From an uncultured Clostridia bacterium (GTDB taxonomy: Bacteria > Bacillota > Clostridia > Oscillospirales > Acutalibacteraceae), in the NCBI GenBank assembly GCA_904420015.1, contig CAJFTS010000033.1, positions 66,523 to 130,522 of the forward strand: 64,000 nucleotides of DNA, read 5' to 3'. The notes beneath the pieces are model-generated. The model saw nothing but the letters and a program-made list of their open reading frames with translations. It was not told the origin of the DNA and did not search any database. The stretch's first letter is position 1; each line of letters opens with the position of its first letter. Below are positions 1 to 10,011 of this stretch, piece after piece. A program made the translations under genes and the position numbers.

Positions 1-311
1 TGAAGAGCCCGAAATGTCATTCCTTCAACTCTACCATCTACGTGGCCGAGGAGGACAAATGCTATACCGGCAAGGCCTATGAGGACATCGACGTGATCGA
101 CCGCATCGGCAGCGGCGACGCCTATGTGGCGGGGGTGCTTTTCGGCCTGATTCAGTACAATTCGGTGGTACAGGCCATTGAATTCGGAAACGCTTCTTCC
201 GCAGTCAAGAATACCATTCTCGGGGATATGCCCGCCAGTGAATTTGGGGAAATCAAGCGGGTGATCGACCTGCACAATTCCGATCACGACACCGGGGAGC
301 TCAATCGGTGA
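1..311 (+). CDS. PfkB-family sugar kinase (KdgK-like), 5' truncated by window edge
   Basis: Frame open from the window start; PfkB C-terminal signature VIDRIGSGDAYVAG and AASAVKNTILGD-like tail (NASSAVKNTILGD). Confidence 0.85.
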   Translation, partial: KSPKCHSFNSTIYVAEEDKCYTGKAYEDIDVIDRIGSGDAYVAGVLFGLIQYNSVVQAIEFGNASSAVKNTILGDMPASEFGEIKRVIDLHNSDHDTGELNR

Positions 312-339
312 GACGGAAAACAAGCGTTTGAAAACCAAC

Positions 340-374
340 AAAAGGGAGAAGGCCGTTGGCCTTCTCCCTTTTTA
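340..374. terminator. Intrinsic terminator, likely bidirectional
   Basis: aaaagggagaaggcc-gtt-ggccttctccctttt perfect inverted repeat between convergent genes. Confidence 0.85.
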
Positions 375-395
375 GGCGTTTTCTTTTTGCCGCAA

Positions 396-992
396 TTACA
401 GGTCTTTCTCAATAAAATGGGGCTGATATTTCTCCCAGTATTCCATATAGGTATCATCGCCAGCCCCGTCGAAATTGATCTGGTACATCCGGAAGGTAAC
501 CAGAATGTCCTTGGGCTGCCACCGCTCCACATACGAATAGCGATAGGTCATGCCAAGCTTTCTCATTACCGCCGCGCTTCGGGGGTTGTTGACGTCGTGG
601 GTTGCGGTAAGAAAGGGATAGCCCGCTTTCTTTACCCGTTCGGCCACCGCCTGCGCCGCCTCCGTTACCATCCCCCTGTGCCAGTATTCCTTGCAAAGCC
701 CGTACCCGATATCTCGGTTTTCCCCGTCGCTTACCGTCACATACCCGATGGGGAGATTGTCTTCTTTTAAGCAAACCGCATACCGGTAGGCCGAAGGCAG
801 CCCGTAAAAGCGCAGAAAATGGGTTTGCAGATGCGCTTGCGCTTCATCAAGCGTCTGAGTCGGAAACCATGGAAGGAACCGGTTGGTCTCCTCCTCCCCC
901 ATGATGCGCTGGTAAGCAGCCGCATCCTCTTTACAAAACCGGCGCAAAAGCAGCCGGTCTGTTTCTAAAATTGGGGTATTCTCCTGAATCAT
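396..992 (-). CDS. GNAT (RimJ/RimL-type) N-acetyltransferase
   Basis: LETDRLLLRRF, IGYGLCKEYWHRGMVTEA, NNPRSAAVMRKLGM; start moved to ATG 992 behind GGGAGA (track gives 1034). Confidence 0.85.
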   Translation of the reverse strand: MIQENTPILETDRLLLRRFCKEDAAAYQRIMGEEETNRFLPWFPTQTLDEAQAHLQTHFLRFYGLPSAYRYAVCLKEDNLPIGYVTVSDGENRDIGYGLCKEYWHRGMVTEAAQAVAERVKKAGYPFLTATHDVNNPRSAAVMRKLGMTYRYSYVERWQPKDILVTFRMYQINFDGAGDDTYMEYWEKYQPHFIEKDL

Positions 993-1154
993 GCGTATTC
1001 TCTCCCGTACGTCGCACATAAATTGCGTCATCACATCCGTGCCGGCACAAGCGTTCGGCTCGTTACCGAGTCCCTTTTATTGGTCGGGCTCATGGTGCTC
1101 CCTCAAAGCGGTAAGGCATCCGTGTTCTCCCCGTATACAAAGCCGAAAGCCTGC

Positions 1155-2996
1155 CTACAAGGTAAAATCGCTCCGATCCTGGCGGAAATTCGGATTGTAA
1201 TAGGGGTCTCCCTTGGCAATCCATTCCTTCCACCTCTGCTGAAACCGGCGTTCGTCCTCCTGGAATCCGCCGACCAAGCCCCCGTCTCCCTTTGCGGTAT
1301 GGCGGTAAAGCTGGGCATAGGGGGTGAACACATTGTGCTTTCCAGCCCTGCGCAGACGCAGGCAAAGGTCCACGTCGTGGTAGGCCCCCTCATACTCCTC
1401 GTCAAAGCCGCCCAGCGCATCAAAGGATTCCCTTGCAAGCATCAGGCATTCCCCCGACACCGCGCTGAAATCCTGCGCGTACATCAGGCGGCCCACGTAC
1501 CCCAGATTGCCCCGCGCCGCCCGGTAATGCGCCCGGCCGACGCTGCCGCGGATCCCGATGAAAAGGCCCGCATGCGCAATGGTATGGTCGGGAAAGTACA
1601 GCTTTGCACCCACTGCCCCCACGTCCTCCCTCTGGGCATACATGAGCATTTCTTCCAGCCATTCGTTCGAAAGAACCTCGGTATCCCCGTCGAGGAATAC
1701 CAGGTATTTCCCCTTGGCCTGGCCGGCGGCAAGGTTCTGCGCCGCCGGACGGGAAAGGGAAGCGTCCCAGTCCACAACCCGCAGCTGCGGCCCGGCGGGG
1801 AGCGGACTCTCCTCAAAGGAGCCGTCCTTTGTCAGCAGAAGGATTTCGATTTTCGGATAGGTGGTCTTTTGCCGGATGGAACGAATGCACCGGGCAAGGG
1901 CCTGCCTGTCTCCGGTCTCGGTAAGGACAAGGGAGATCAGCGGCATTTCCTTGAGGGTATATGCAATCCGGTAAAGCAAAGGCGCATCCGGCGCTTCCAT
2001 CGCCTTTCCCTCGATTCCCATCCGCTTGAGATAATCGTTGAGGGCACGGATTCCCGATGTGATGCAGTAGGGCTTAACGCTGATGTCTCCCGCCGTAGAG
2101 CCCGCATGGCTGCGCCAATAGTAAAGAAGCTTCGGGATATGGGCAACATGCCGGGCCTTGGCGGTCAGGCGCAGGATTATTTCAAAGTCCTGGCTGCCGT
2201 CGTAATCAGAGGAGAAATTCCCCACCTCGTCGAGCAGGGCGCGGCTGAACACGGAAAAGTGACAGATATAATTGTTGGACCGCAGATTGTCGATGGCAAA
2301 ATCCGGCTTAAAATGGGTGGAGACCGGCTTCTTTCTATCGGTGGAAAAGGTCATTTCATCGGTATAGATGAAATCGGCCCCCTGCTCCTCAATCACCTTT
2401 CGCACCTCATACAGCGCCGCCGGATGAAGCAGGTCGTCATGATCGAACAGGCCGATGTAATCGCCGTCGGCCATGGCGATGCACTGGTTGGTGTTCCCCG
2501 ATATCCCGAGGTTTTCCGCAAGCGCCTGATAGCGCACCCGCGGATCCTCTTTTGCATACCGGCGGCAGATTTCCCCGACATAAGAGTGGGCCTCGTCGCT
2601 GCCGTCGGCCAGGCACAGCTCCCAGTCCCGATAGGTCTGTTCCCTGACTGAATCGATCATCTCTTTCAAAAAGGGTTCGGGGGTATTGTACAGCGGGACC
2701 AGAACGCTGAACTTGAGCGGACGGCTGAAAACCGCCCCTTCCTGCCGCCGGCGTTCCTCCTCGGTGAAGCGGTAACGCTGCATAAATTCCTTTTCCCGCC
2801 TGAGCCGGTATTGCCGGCTGCTCACCTTTTGCAGGGTGGCGCGCAGCCCGTTGTCTTTGAGAAAATAGATCCCCTTCCGGGCCATCCCGGCCAGGCCGCC
2901 GGAATAAAGCCGTTTCGGCGCCCCTTGCTCCTTTTGGGAAGGGACGGCGGCGTTGGATTTGGCGGGGTAATCCCGTTCGTCCTGTTTCAACTGCAA
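1155..2996 (-). CDS. Two-domain glycosyltransferase family 2 protein
   Basis: FSVLVPLYNT..LADGSD..LFDHDD in domain 1; LVFLDGD, AVSGECLM, DVDLCLR in domain 2. Confidence 0.9.
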   Translation of the reverse strand: MQLKQDERDYPAKSNAAVPSQKEQGAPKRLYSGGLAGMARKGIYFLKDNGLRATLQKVSSRQYRLRREKEFMQRYRFTEEERRRQEGAVFSRPLKFSVLVPLYNTPEPFLKEMIDSVREQTYRDWELCLADGSDEAHSYVGEICRRYAKEDPRVRYQALAENLGISGNTNQCIAMADGDYIGLFDHDDLLHPAALYEVRKVIEEQGADFIYTDEMTFSTDRKKPVSTHFKPDFAIDNLRSNNYICHFSVFSRALLDEVGNFSSDYDGSQDFEIILRLTAKARHVAHIPKLLYYWRSHAGSTAGDISVKPYCITSGIRALNDYLKRMGIEGKAMEAPDAPLLYRIAYTLKEMPLISLVLTETGDRQALARCIRSIRQKTTYPKIEILLLTKDGSFEESPLPAGPQLRVVDWDASLSRPAAQNLAAGQAKGKYLVFLDGDTEVLSNEWLEEMLMYAQREDVGAVGAKLYFPDHTIAHAGLFIGIRGSVGRAHYRAARGNLGYVGRLMYAQDFSAVSGECLMLARESFDALGGFDEEYEGAYHDVDLCLRLRRAGKHNVFTPYAQLYRHTAKGDGGLVGGFQEDERRFQQRWKEWIAKGDPYYNPNFRQDRSDFTL

Positions 2997-3060
2997 TTCG
3001 CTCCTCTTAAACCATACGCGGCCGTATAAACGGCCGCGTATCGGTTCCTATTTGTATTTT

Positions 3061-3789
3061 TTACATGCTTTTATACGCGTCGCAAACCGTCTTCATGTCA
3101 CCGAGCATCTTCACATGGCCATGGTCAAGCCACATTACATGCTTGCACAGCCGCTCGATTTGTTCGATGGAATGGGATACGATCAGTACGGTGGTGTCGT
3201 TGGCCATCAGCTCCTTGATCCGCTCTTCGCATTTTTGCTGGAACAGATAATCGCCCACCGCCAAAATCTCATCCACAATCAGGATATCCGGCTTGGTAAT
3301 GGTCGCCACCGCAAACCCCAGCCGGGCCACCATGCCGGAGGAAAAGTTCTTAAGCGCCACGTCTACGAAATCCTTGAGCTCCGCAAACTCAATGATTTCC
3401 TCAAACTTTTCCTTCATGTGCTTCTTGGTGTATCCCAGCACCAGGCCGTTTAGGATCACGTTTTCCCGGGCGGTCAGCTCCATATCAAAGCCGGCGCCCA
3501 GCTCGATGAGCGGCGAAATGGTCCCATAGGTCGTCGCCGAGCCTTCGGTGGGCTTTAAGATCCCGGACACCACCTTCAAAAAGGTGCTTTTTCCTGAACC
3601 GTTGAGTCCCACGATCCCAAATACATCCCCCTTTTCGATGGTGACGCTGACGTCTTTAAGGGCGGTAAATTCTTCAAAATGCAGCTGCCGCTTGCAAAGC
3701 TTGATAAAATATTCCTTGATGGAGTCCACCTTGTCCTTGGACATGTTGAACTTCATGGTGACGTTGTTGACTTCAATCGCATTCGGCAA
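3061..3789 (-). CDS. wzt: Polysaccharide ABC exporter ATP-binding subunit (Wzt), no C-terminal carbohydrate-binding domain
   Basis: Walker A GLNGSGKST, FSSGM signature, ILIVDE Walker B; TTG start 3789 behind AGGGGAGG. Confidence 0.9.
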   Translation of the reverse strand: MPNAIEVNNVTMKFNMSKDKVDSIKEYFIKLCKRQLHFEEFTALKDVSVTIEKGDVFGIVGLNGSGKSTFLKVVSGILKPTEGSATTYGTISPLIELGAGFDMELTARENVILNGLVLGYTKKHMKEKFEEIIEFAELKDFVDVALKNFSSGMVARLGFAVATITKPDILIVDEILAVGDYLFQQKCEERIKELMANDTTVLIVSHSIEQIERLCKHVMWLDHGHVKMLGDMKTVCDAYKSM

Positions 3790-3806
3790 AGTCGATTCCC
3801 TCCCCT

Positions 3807-4601
3807 TTATACATACAGAATAAACTTGTCCTGCTTGCGCTTGAACGCCCATACGCCGAGCACCAAAAAGAACAGGGAACAACCGATACAGAGCAGATTC
3901 ACCTTGAGGCCCGGGACGATTCCATCCATCACCACCCGCCTAAAATAGGTCACATAGTAATACATCGGATTGAACTGCACAATGGACATCAGCGTAAAGC
4001 TGCCAAGCTTAACCTCCGTCAACAGGCTTTCCGGATAAATGAGGGGAGTCAGGTACATCCACGCGGTGATGAAAACCGAATAGAGATGCCCTACGTCCCG
4101 GAAAAATACGTTTAAGGTAGCCAGCAGCAGGCTCAGCCCCACGGTAAAGACAAAGACATAGAGCATAGGAATCGGGAAAAGGACTACCGTCCAGGAGATC
4201 GGCACCCCGTCGATGAGCATCATAACGATCACCGCCACCAGGGAAAACAGCATGTTGACAAAGGCAAACACGGTTTTCTGCAGCGGGAAAATATACTTGG
4301 GCAGATACACCTTTTTAATCAATGACGCCCCGCTGATCACCGATGTCAAAGAATTGGAGGTCGCCTCCGACATAAAGTTAAAAATCAGCGCGCCGGTCAG
4401 GTAATAGGAAGCAAAGTAAGCCTGCTGAAACCGGAACATCTTGCTGAACACAACGGAGATGACCAGGGCCATCAAAATGGGGTTTAGGACGCTCCAAAGA
4501 AACCCCAGCGCCGACCGGCGGTATTTTACCTTCAAATCCCGTGCCACCAGGTCCATCAGCAGATGGCGGTACCGGGCGAATGTCTGTAAATACGCTTTCA
4601 A
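3807..4601 (-). CDS. wzm: Polysaccharide ABC exporter permease (Wzm)
   Basis: RDLKVKYRRSALGFLWSVLNP, multiple TM segments, NPMYYY motif. Confidence 0.9.
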   Translation of the reverse strand: MKAYLQTFARYRHLLMDLVARDLKVKYRRSALGFLWSVLNPILMALVISVVFSKMFRFQQAYFASYYLTGALIFNFMSEATSNSLTSVISGASLIKKVYLPKYIFPLQKTVFAFVNMLFSLVAVIVMMLIDGVPISWTVVLFPIPMLYVFVFTVGLSLLLATLNVFFRDVGHLYSVFITAWMYLTPLIYPESLLTEVKLGSFTLMSIVQFNPMYYYVTYFRRVVMDGIVPGLKVNLLCIGCSLFFLVLGVWAFKRKQDKFILYV

Positions 4602-4615
4602 AACGCTTCCCTACC

Positions 4616-5167
4616 TCATTTATTCAAGTCTTTGAACGCCCCGTTTTTCTTGTCCTTTTCGCTCAGGAGCACTTCCATCCCCTCCGGGATAGGCCATTCA
4701 ATCCCGATATCCGGGTCGGCATAATAGATTGCGCCTTCGTCGCTGGGGTCATAGAAGCGGGTGCATTTGTACACGAATTCCGCCACATCCGACAGCACCA
4801 GGAAGCCGTGGGCAAACCCTTCCGGCACATAGAACTGACGCTTGTTCTCCTTGGAAAGGAGGACGCCGTACCATTTGCCATAGGTCTTGCTGCCGGGACG
4901 GATATCCACCGCCACGTCGTAGACCTCCCCTTCGATGACCCGCACCAGCTTCCCTTGGGGGTTCTTCTTCTGGAAATGCAGCCCCCGCAGCACGCCTTTC
5001 TTGGAACGGGACTGGTTATCCTGGACAAAGACCATATCCAGGCCCGCCGCCTTAAAGTCGTTGAAATTATAGGTCTCCATAAAATAGCCCCGGTTGTCGC
5101 CGAATACCTTGGGCTCAATGATATACAAGTCGTCGATTTCCGTTTTCAAAAAGGTAAACTGTCCCAT
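4616..5167 (-). CDS. rmlC: dTDP-4-dehydrorhamnose 3,5-epimerase
   Basis: FGDNRGYFME, QDNQSRS, LRGLHFQ, GFAHGF motifs. Confidence 0.95.
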   Translation of the reverse strand: MGQFTFLKTEIDDLYIIEPKVFGDNRGYFMETYNFNDFKAAGLDMVFVQDNQSRSKKGVLRGLHFQKKNPQGKLVRVIEGEVYDVAVDIRPGSKTYGKWYGVLLSKENKRQFYVPEGFAHGFLVLSDVAEFVYKCTRFYDPSDEGAIYYADPDIGIEWPIPEGMEVLLSEKDKKNGAFKDLNK

Positions 5168-5282
5168 ATGCTTTCCTTCTCACCTTTCCAGGCCCGCCGC
5201 CCTGCGGCAAAGCCGCTGTGATATGGACAGGTTCGGCCCTTGCCTGCCTTCGCATACAAAAGCCAAACCTCAATCCTGTGTT

Positions 5283-6341
5283 TTACTTTCCCGCGTACAT
5301 CTTCTGGTAATACTTCTGGTATTCCCCGCTGGTGACGTTTTTCATCCAGTCCATGTGATCCAGATACCACTGAATGGTCAGCTTGATCCCGTCCTCAAAG
5401 CAGGTTTCCGGGTACCAGCCCAGATCCCTCTTGATCTTTTCAGGGTCGATGCCGTAGCGGCGGTCATGCCCCTTGCGGTCCTCTACGTGCTTCATCATAT
5501 GCTCGCCCACCGCCGGATCCACATGCTCCTGGATGTAGGCGAGGATGGTCTTGACAATGAAGAGATTGGGCCGCTCGTTGTGGCCGCCCACGTTGTACAC
5601 CTCTCCGATTTTGCCGTCCCGCACCACCATATCGATGGCCTTGCAGTGGTCCTCCACATACAGCCAGTCGCGCACCTGCATGCCGTCGCCGTAGATGGGA
5701 AGGTCCTTGTGGGCCAAGGTGTTGTTGATGATAAGAGGGATGAGCTTCTCCGGGAACTGGAAGGGGCCGTAGTTGTTCGAGCAGCGGGTGATGTTCACCG
5801 GGAACCGATAGGTATCGTGATAGGCCTTGACAAAGAGATCGGCGCTGGCCTTGCTGGAGGAATAAGGGCTGTGCGGGTCAAGCGGGGTGGTCTCCATAAA
5901 ATAGCCCGTTTCCCCCAAAGAGCCGTACACCTCGTCGGTGGACACCTGCAAAAACTTGCAGCCGTCCTTATACCGGTCGTCGCCGGTCTGCCAGGCGAGC
6001 TTTGCGTTGTTTAAGAGATTGACCGTACCGAGCACGTTGGTTTTCACAAAGATTTCCGGGTCGGCAATGGAGCGGTCCACATGGCTTTCCGCCGCGAAGT
6101 TGACCACATAGTCAAAATCGAATTCCTCAAAGAGGGCGGCCACCGCAGCCTGGTCGCAGATGTCCACCTGCCGGAAAACGTAATGGGGATGGTTCTCCAC
6201 CTCCTTGAGGTTTTCCAGGTTGCCCGCATAGGTCAGCTTATCAATGTTGACGATCTTCACATCGTCGTATTTCTTGAGCATATACAGCACAAAGTTCGAG
6301 CCGATAAAGCCCGCGCCGCCGGTTACCAGATAGGTTTTCAT
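5283..6341 (-). CDS. rmlB: dTDP-glucose 4,6-dehydratase
   Basis: TGGAGFIGSN, AAESHVDRSI, STDEVYG, YSSSK, RKGHDRRY. Confidence 0.95.
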   Translation of the reverse strand: MKTYLVTGGAGFIGSNFVLYMLKKYDDVKIVNIDKLTYAGNLENLKEVENHPHYVFRQVDICDQAAVAALFEEFDFDYVVNFAAESHVDRSIADPEIFVKTNVLGTVNLLNNAKLAWQTGDDRYKDGCKFLQVSTDEVYGSLGETGYFMETTPLDPHSPYSSSKASADLFVKAYHDTYRFPVNITRCSNNYGPFQFPEKLIPLIINNTLAHKDLPIYGDGMQVRDWLYVEDHCKAIDMVVRDGKIGEVYNVGGHNERPNLFIVKTILAYIQEHVDPAVGEHMMKHVEDRKGHDRRYGIDPEKIKRDLGWYPETCFEDGIKLTIQWYLDHMDWMKNVTSGEYQKYYQKMYAGK

Positions 6342-6359
6342 CGTCCTTGTCCGCCTTTC

Positions 6360-7244
6360 TTACATATCCTTGAGATTGGTCAGATAACATTTCAGGGCCG
6401 CCTGCCACTCGCGCATCTCATCCCCCACCGTACACCGCAGCATCCGGTTGTCCAGCGACGAGAAGGCGGGCCGCTTGGCCTTCTGCACGTATTCCTGGGA
6501 GGTCACCGGGCGGACCTTACAGTCGATCCCCGCGTACTCCACGATCTTACAGGCAAAATCATACCAGGTGCATTCCCCGGTCCCCGTGCAGTGGTAGACG
6601 CCGTACTGCTCGGTAGCCGCCGCCTTGAGGATGTGGTGAGCCAAATCCACGGCGTTGGTGGGATTACCTCTCTGGTCGTTGACCACGGTAATCTCGTCGT
6701 TTGCTTTGGAAATCCGCAGGATGGTTTTGACAAAATTCTTCCCCACATAGCCGTAAAGCCAAGAGGTGCGCAGAATGAAATACTTCGGGCAGAATTCCCG
6801 CACATACTGCTCGCCCAGGTACTTGCTTTTGCCGTAAATACTCTGCGGATTGCAAAGATCCCATTCCACATAGGGAACGGTCCCGTCCCCGCCGAACACA
6901 TAGTCGGTGGAAACGTGCACCAGCTTTGCGCCCATCTTAGCCGCCGCCAGCGCCATATTGCGGGCGCCCAGGGCGTTGGCCCGGAACGCCGCGTCCTGGT
7001 TGTCCTCGCAGCCCTCCACATTGGTCATGGCGGCACAGTTGAGAATCAAATCAAAGGGATTGCCTTCAAAGAAGCGGCTGACCGCATCCTGGTCGGCAAT
7101 ATCCAGCTCGTCTACGTCTACGCCGGTCACCTGGGCGTTTCGATAGCAGGTGGGGATGCCCCCCAGTTCCGATTGCCCCGCTTCGAGGATCTTTGCAAGC
7201 TCATTGCCCAGCTGGCCGTTGCGGCCGGTAATCAAAATCTTCAA
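6360..7244 (-). CDS. rmlD: dTDP-4-dehydrorhamnose reductase
   Basis: ITGRNGQLG, STDYVFGG, YGKSK, RPAFSSLD; TTG start 7244 behind GGAGAGG. Confidence 0.93.
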   Translation of the reverse strand: MKILITGRNGQLGNELAKILEAGQSELGGIPTCYRNAQVTGVDVDELDIADQDAVSRFFEGNPFDLILNCAAMTNVEGCEDNQDAAFRANALGARNMALAAAKMGAKLVHVSTDYVFGGDGTVPYVEWDLCNPQSIYGKSKYLGEQYVREFCPKYFILRTSWLYGYVGKNFVKTILRISKANDEITVVNDQRGNPTNAVDLAHHILKAAATEQYGVYHCTGTGECTWYDFACKIVEYAGIDCKVRPVTSQEYVQKAKRPAFSSLDNRMLRCTVGDEMREWQAALKCYLTNLKDM

Positions 7245-7264
7245 TGAAACCTCTCCGTCCTTCC

Positions 7265-8140
7265 TCAAACCTCAATGGTTTCGGCGATATGGAACAGATA
7301 ATCGCCGTATTCGCTCTTTTTCAGCCGCTCCGCCTGTAAAAGCAGCTGCTCTTTGTTGATGAAGCCCTGGCGGTAGGCGATCTCCTCGATGCAGGATATG
7401 TACAATCCCTGCCGCGTCTGGACCGCTTCGACAAAATTGGCCGCATCCAGCATCGCCCGGTGGGTGCCGGTATCCAGCCAGGCCATCCCTCTGCCGAAAA
7501 GCTCCACCTTCAGCTTGCCCTGCTCGAGATAAGCATTGTTGACGGCGGTGATCTCCAGCTCGCCGCGGGCGGAAGGGGTAATGGACTTGGCAATGTCCAC
7601 CACCTGGTTGTCGTAAAAATAAAGGCCGGGAACCGCGTAATTGGACTTGGGATGCTCCGGCTTTTCCTCAATGGAAAGAACCGTGCCGTCCTTGTCGAAC
7701 TCCACCACGCCGAATGCGCTCGGCTCGCTGACATGGTAGCCGAAGATGGTGGCGCCCTCCTTGCGGTTGGCCGCAGCGGCCAGCCGGCCGGAAAAACCGT
7801 AGCCGTAGAAGATGTTGTCCCCCAGTACCAGGCATACATTGTCGCCGCCGATAAAATCCTCGCCCAGGATGAACGCCTCGGCCAGGCCGCGGGGCGCTTC
7901 CTGCACCACATAGGAGAACTTCAGCCCCAGATGGCTGCCGTCCCCAAACAGCTCCTCAAACATCGGAAGGTCCCGCGGGGTGGAGATAATCAGGATTTCC
8001 TGGATCCCCGCCAGCATCAGGGTGGACAGCGGGTAGTAAATCATCGGCTTATCGTAGACGGTCAGAATCTGCTTCGAGCAGGCGATGGTAGACGGATAGA
8101 GCCGGGTTCCCGCGCCGCCGGCAAGAATAATGCCTTTCAT
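7265..8140 (-). CDS. rmlA: Glucose-1-phosphate thymidylyltransferase
   Basis: [40 protein letters not shown]. Confidence 0.96.
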   Translation of the reverse strand: MKGIILAGGAGTRLYPSTIACSKQILTVYDKPMIYYPLSTLMLAGIQEILIISTPRDLPMFEELFGDGSHLGLKFSYVVQEAPRGLAEAFILGEDFIGGDNVCLVLGDNIFYGYGFSGRLAAAANRKEGATIFGYHVSEPSAFGVVEFDKDGTVLSIEEKPEHPKSNYAVPGLYFYDNQVVDIAKSITPSARGELEITAVNNAYLEQGKLKVELFGRGMAWLDTGTHRAMLDAANFVEAVQTRQGLYISCIEEIAYRQGFINKEQLLLQAERLKKSEYGDYLFHIAETIEV

Positions 8141-8167
8141 CGTAAAACCTCATTTCCCATTATTTCT

Positions 8168-9094
8168 TTATGCAAACAAGAGCTGCCCGGCCTTGCGGAC
8201 CAGCCCGTTTTTCCCGTGTCCATGCAAAAGCAGATGGGCCATCCGCTTGAGCTTGCCGTATTCCGGCATCCGCGCGTAGCCGAGCACCAGATCCGCTTCC
8301 TCCTTGGGAAGCCGGTCTTGGTACCGCTCATAAAAGCCCGCCGCCTGCCGGTAGGTGTCCGACAACACCTTGCGGATCTGCTCGGTCTTTTTCAGGCGCG
8401 CCGCTACATATTTGGGATCGCGCACATTTTTCGCCCCTACCTCATTGTTCCCATGCTGCCGGTAAAGGATGGTAGGCTCCGGTACAAACCCGATCTTTCC
8501 AAAGGCCGCCGCCACCAGCGCCAGCCACCAGTCGTGCATAATCGCGCTTTCCGGCGCCCCCCGCGCCAGCTCCAGGAGCGGGCGGTTTGCCAGCATCGTA
8601 CAGCCGGTGACCACGTTTTGCGCCAAAAGGCGGTTCAGCGTCACCCGGCGGCTGTCCAGGTTTTGCAGCCGGAACATGGAGGAGGCGACGGGACGCAGGT
8701 TCTCGTCCACAACCGTCAGGTCGGTATGGACCAAAACCGGCGTTTCCGGCGGGCTTTCCCGCTCAAGCCGCTCCATTTCCCCCATGGTTTTCTCCACCTT
8801 GTCGGGGAGCCATACGTCGTCGTGGTCGCAGGTCATGGCATAGTCCCCGCCGCTTCGGGCAAGCAGGCGGAAAAAATTCGCCTGGGCGCTCCCGGAATTA
8901 ACCTGGTTTTGATATACCTTTATTTTGGACGGGTATTCCGCTTCATATGCCGAAAGGATCTCCATGGTGCGGTCTTTTGAACCGTCGTCCTGAATCAGTA
9001 GGCTCCAGTCCGTCCTGGTTTGCTTGAGGATGGATTCGATCTGCTGCCCGACAAATTCCTCTCCATTGTAGACCGCCAACAGAATGTCGATCAT
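8168..9094 (-). CDS. GT2 glycosyltransferase (RgpB-like rhamnosyltransferase)
   Basis: ILLAVYNG, DDGSKD, CDHDDVW, MHDWW, YRQHGNN. Confidence 0.88.
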   Translation of the reverse strand: MIDILLAVYNGEEFVGQQIESILKQTRTDWSLLIQDDGSKDRTMEILSAYEAEYPSKIKVYQNQVNSGSAQANFFRLLARSGGDYAMTCDHDDVWLPDKVEKTMGEMERLERESPPETPVLVHTDLTVVDENLRPVASSMFRLQNLDSRRVTLNRLLAQNVVTGCTMLANRPLLELARGAPESAIMHDWWLALVAAAFGKIGFVPEPTILYRQHGNNEVGAKNVRDPKYVAARLKKTEQIRKVLSDTYRQAAGFYERYQDRLPKEEADLVLGYARMPEYGKLKRMAHLLLHGHGKNGLVRKAGQLLFA

Positions 9095-9975
9095 GCTTCG
9101 GCCTTCCCTTCCTTGTCCGGGCTCATCTTTCTTTTCAGCAAAGTAAGCCCGTATTTCGCATAAATCCCCGTGTACACCACAGCGGTGACAAGGGGGTTGT
9201 ATTTTTTGCGGTAATGCTTTCGGTAGAACAAAAGCATCGCGTGGTGGAAGTGGTAGATGATGGCTTTGGATTTCTGGTGCAGCCCGCTTTGCCCCTTCAA
9301 ATGGGTAATGGTCCCGTCGGCGAAATACACCACGCGGTACCCTTTTTCCTTAATGCGGTAGCAGAGGTCCAGATCCTCTCCATACATAAAAAATTCCTCG
9401 TCAAATCCCTTTACCGCCTCATACACCCGCTTTGGAATGAGCATACAAGCGCCGGACACCGCATCCACGTCGCTGTTTTTGTCAGGATCCACAAAGGTCT
9501 GGTGGTAGGCGCCGTATTTTGGGCTCTCCGGATGCTTTTTGTCCCGGCCGGTAAAGTAGTAAAGGGAAGCCGCCGGGGTGGGAAACCCCCGCTTGCAGCC
9601 ACAGTCCAGCGTTCCGTCGGGTAGCACGGTGCGCAGGCCCAAAACCCCGATGGCCTCATCCCGTCTGAGATAGGATACCCCCGCGTCGATGGCGCCCTCG
9701 TGAACAATGGTATCGGAGTTTAAAAATAAGAAAATCTCCCCCTGCGCCCTCTTCGCGCCATAATTGCAGGCATGTCCGAACCCTCGGTTTGGGACCCCGG
9801 AAAAGACCCGAACCCGCTCGTCCTGCGGCGGGGCGTACCGCTCGCTCTCCCGGCTGGAGTTATCCACCACCACTACCTCAAAGGACACCCGATGGGTGGT
9901 GCGAAGAACCGATTCCACCGTCTGGGCGGTCAGCTCCTTGGTATTGTAATTGATGATGATTACCGATACGTCCAC
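9091..9975 (-). CDS. GT2 glycosyltransferase (WbbL-like rhamnosyltransferase)
   Basis: VSVIIINYNT, NRGFGHACN, LNSDT, GACML, FMYGEDLD; start moved to GTG 9975. Confidence 0.88.
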   Translation of the reverse strand: MDVSVIIINYNTKELTAQTVESVLRTTHRVSFEVVVVDNSSRESERYAPPQDERVRVFSGVPNRGFGHACNYGAKRAQGEIFLFLNSDTIVHEGAIDAGVSYLRRDEAIGVLGLRTVLPDGTLDCGCKRGFPTPAASLYYFTGRDKKHPESPKYGAYHQTFVDPDKNSDVDAVSGACMLIPKRVYEAVKGFDEEFFMYGEDLDLCYRIKEKGYRVVYFADGTITHLKGQSGLHQKSKAIIYHFHHAMLLFYRKHYRKKYNPLVTAVVYTGIYAKYGLTLLKRKMSPDKEGKAEA

Positions 9976-10011
9976 ACGGCACACTCCTGCATGTAAATTC
10001 GGGAGGAGGGC

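Noticed and set aside
5204-5216. gcggc-aaa-gccgc hairpin between rmlB and rmlC resembling the element core
   Set aside because: Only 13 bp with no flanking element motifs; could be chance or an mRNA stability hairpin.
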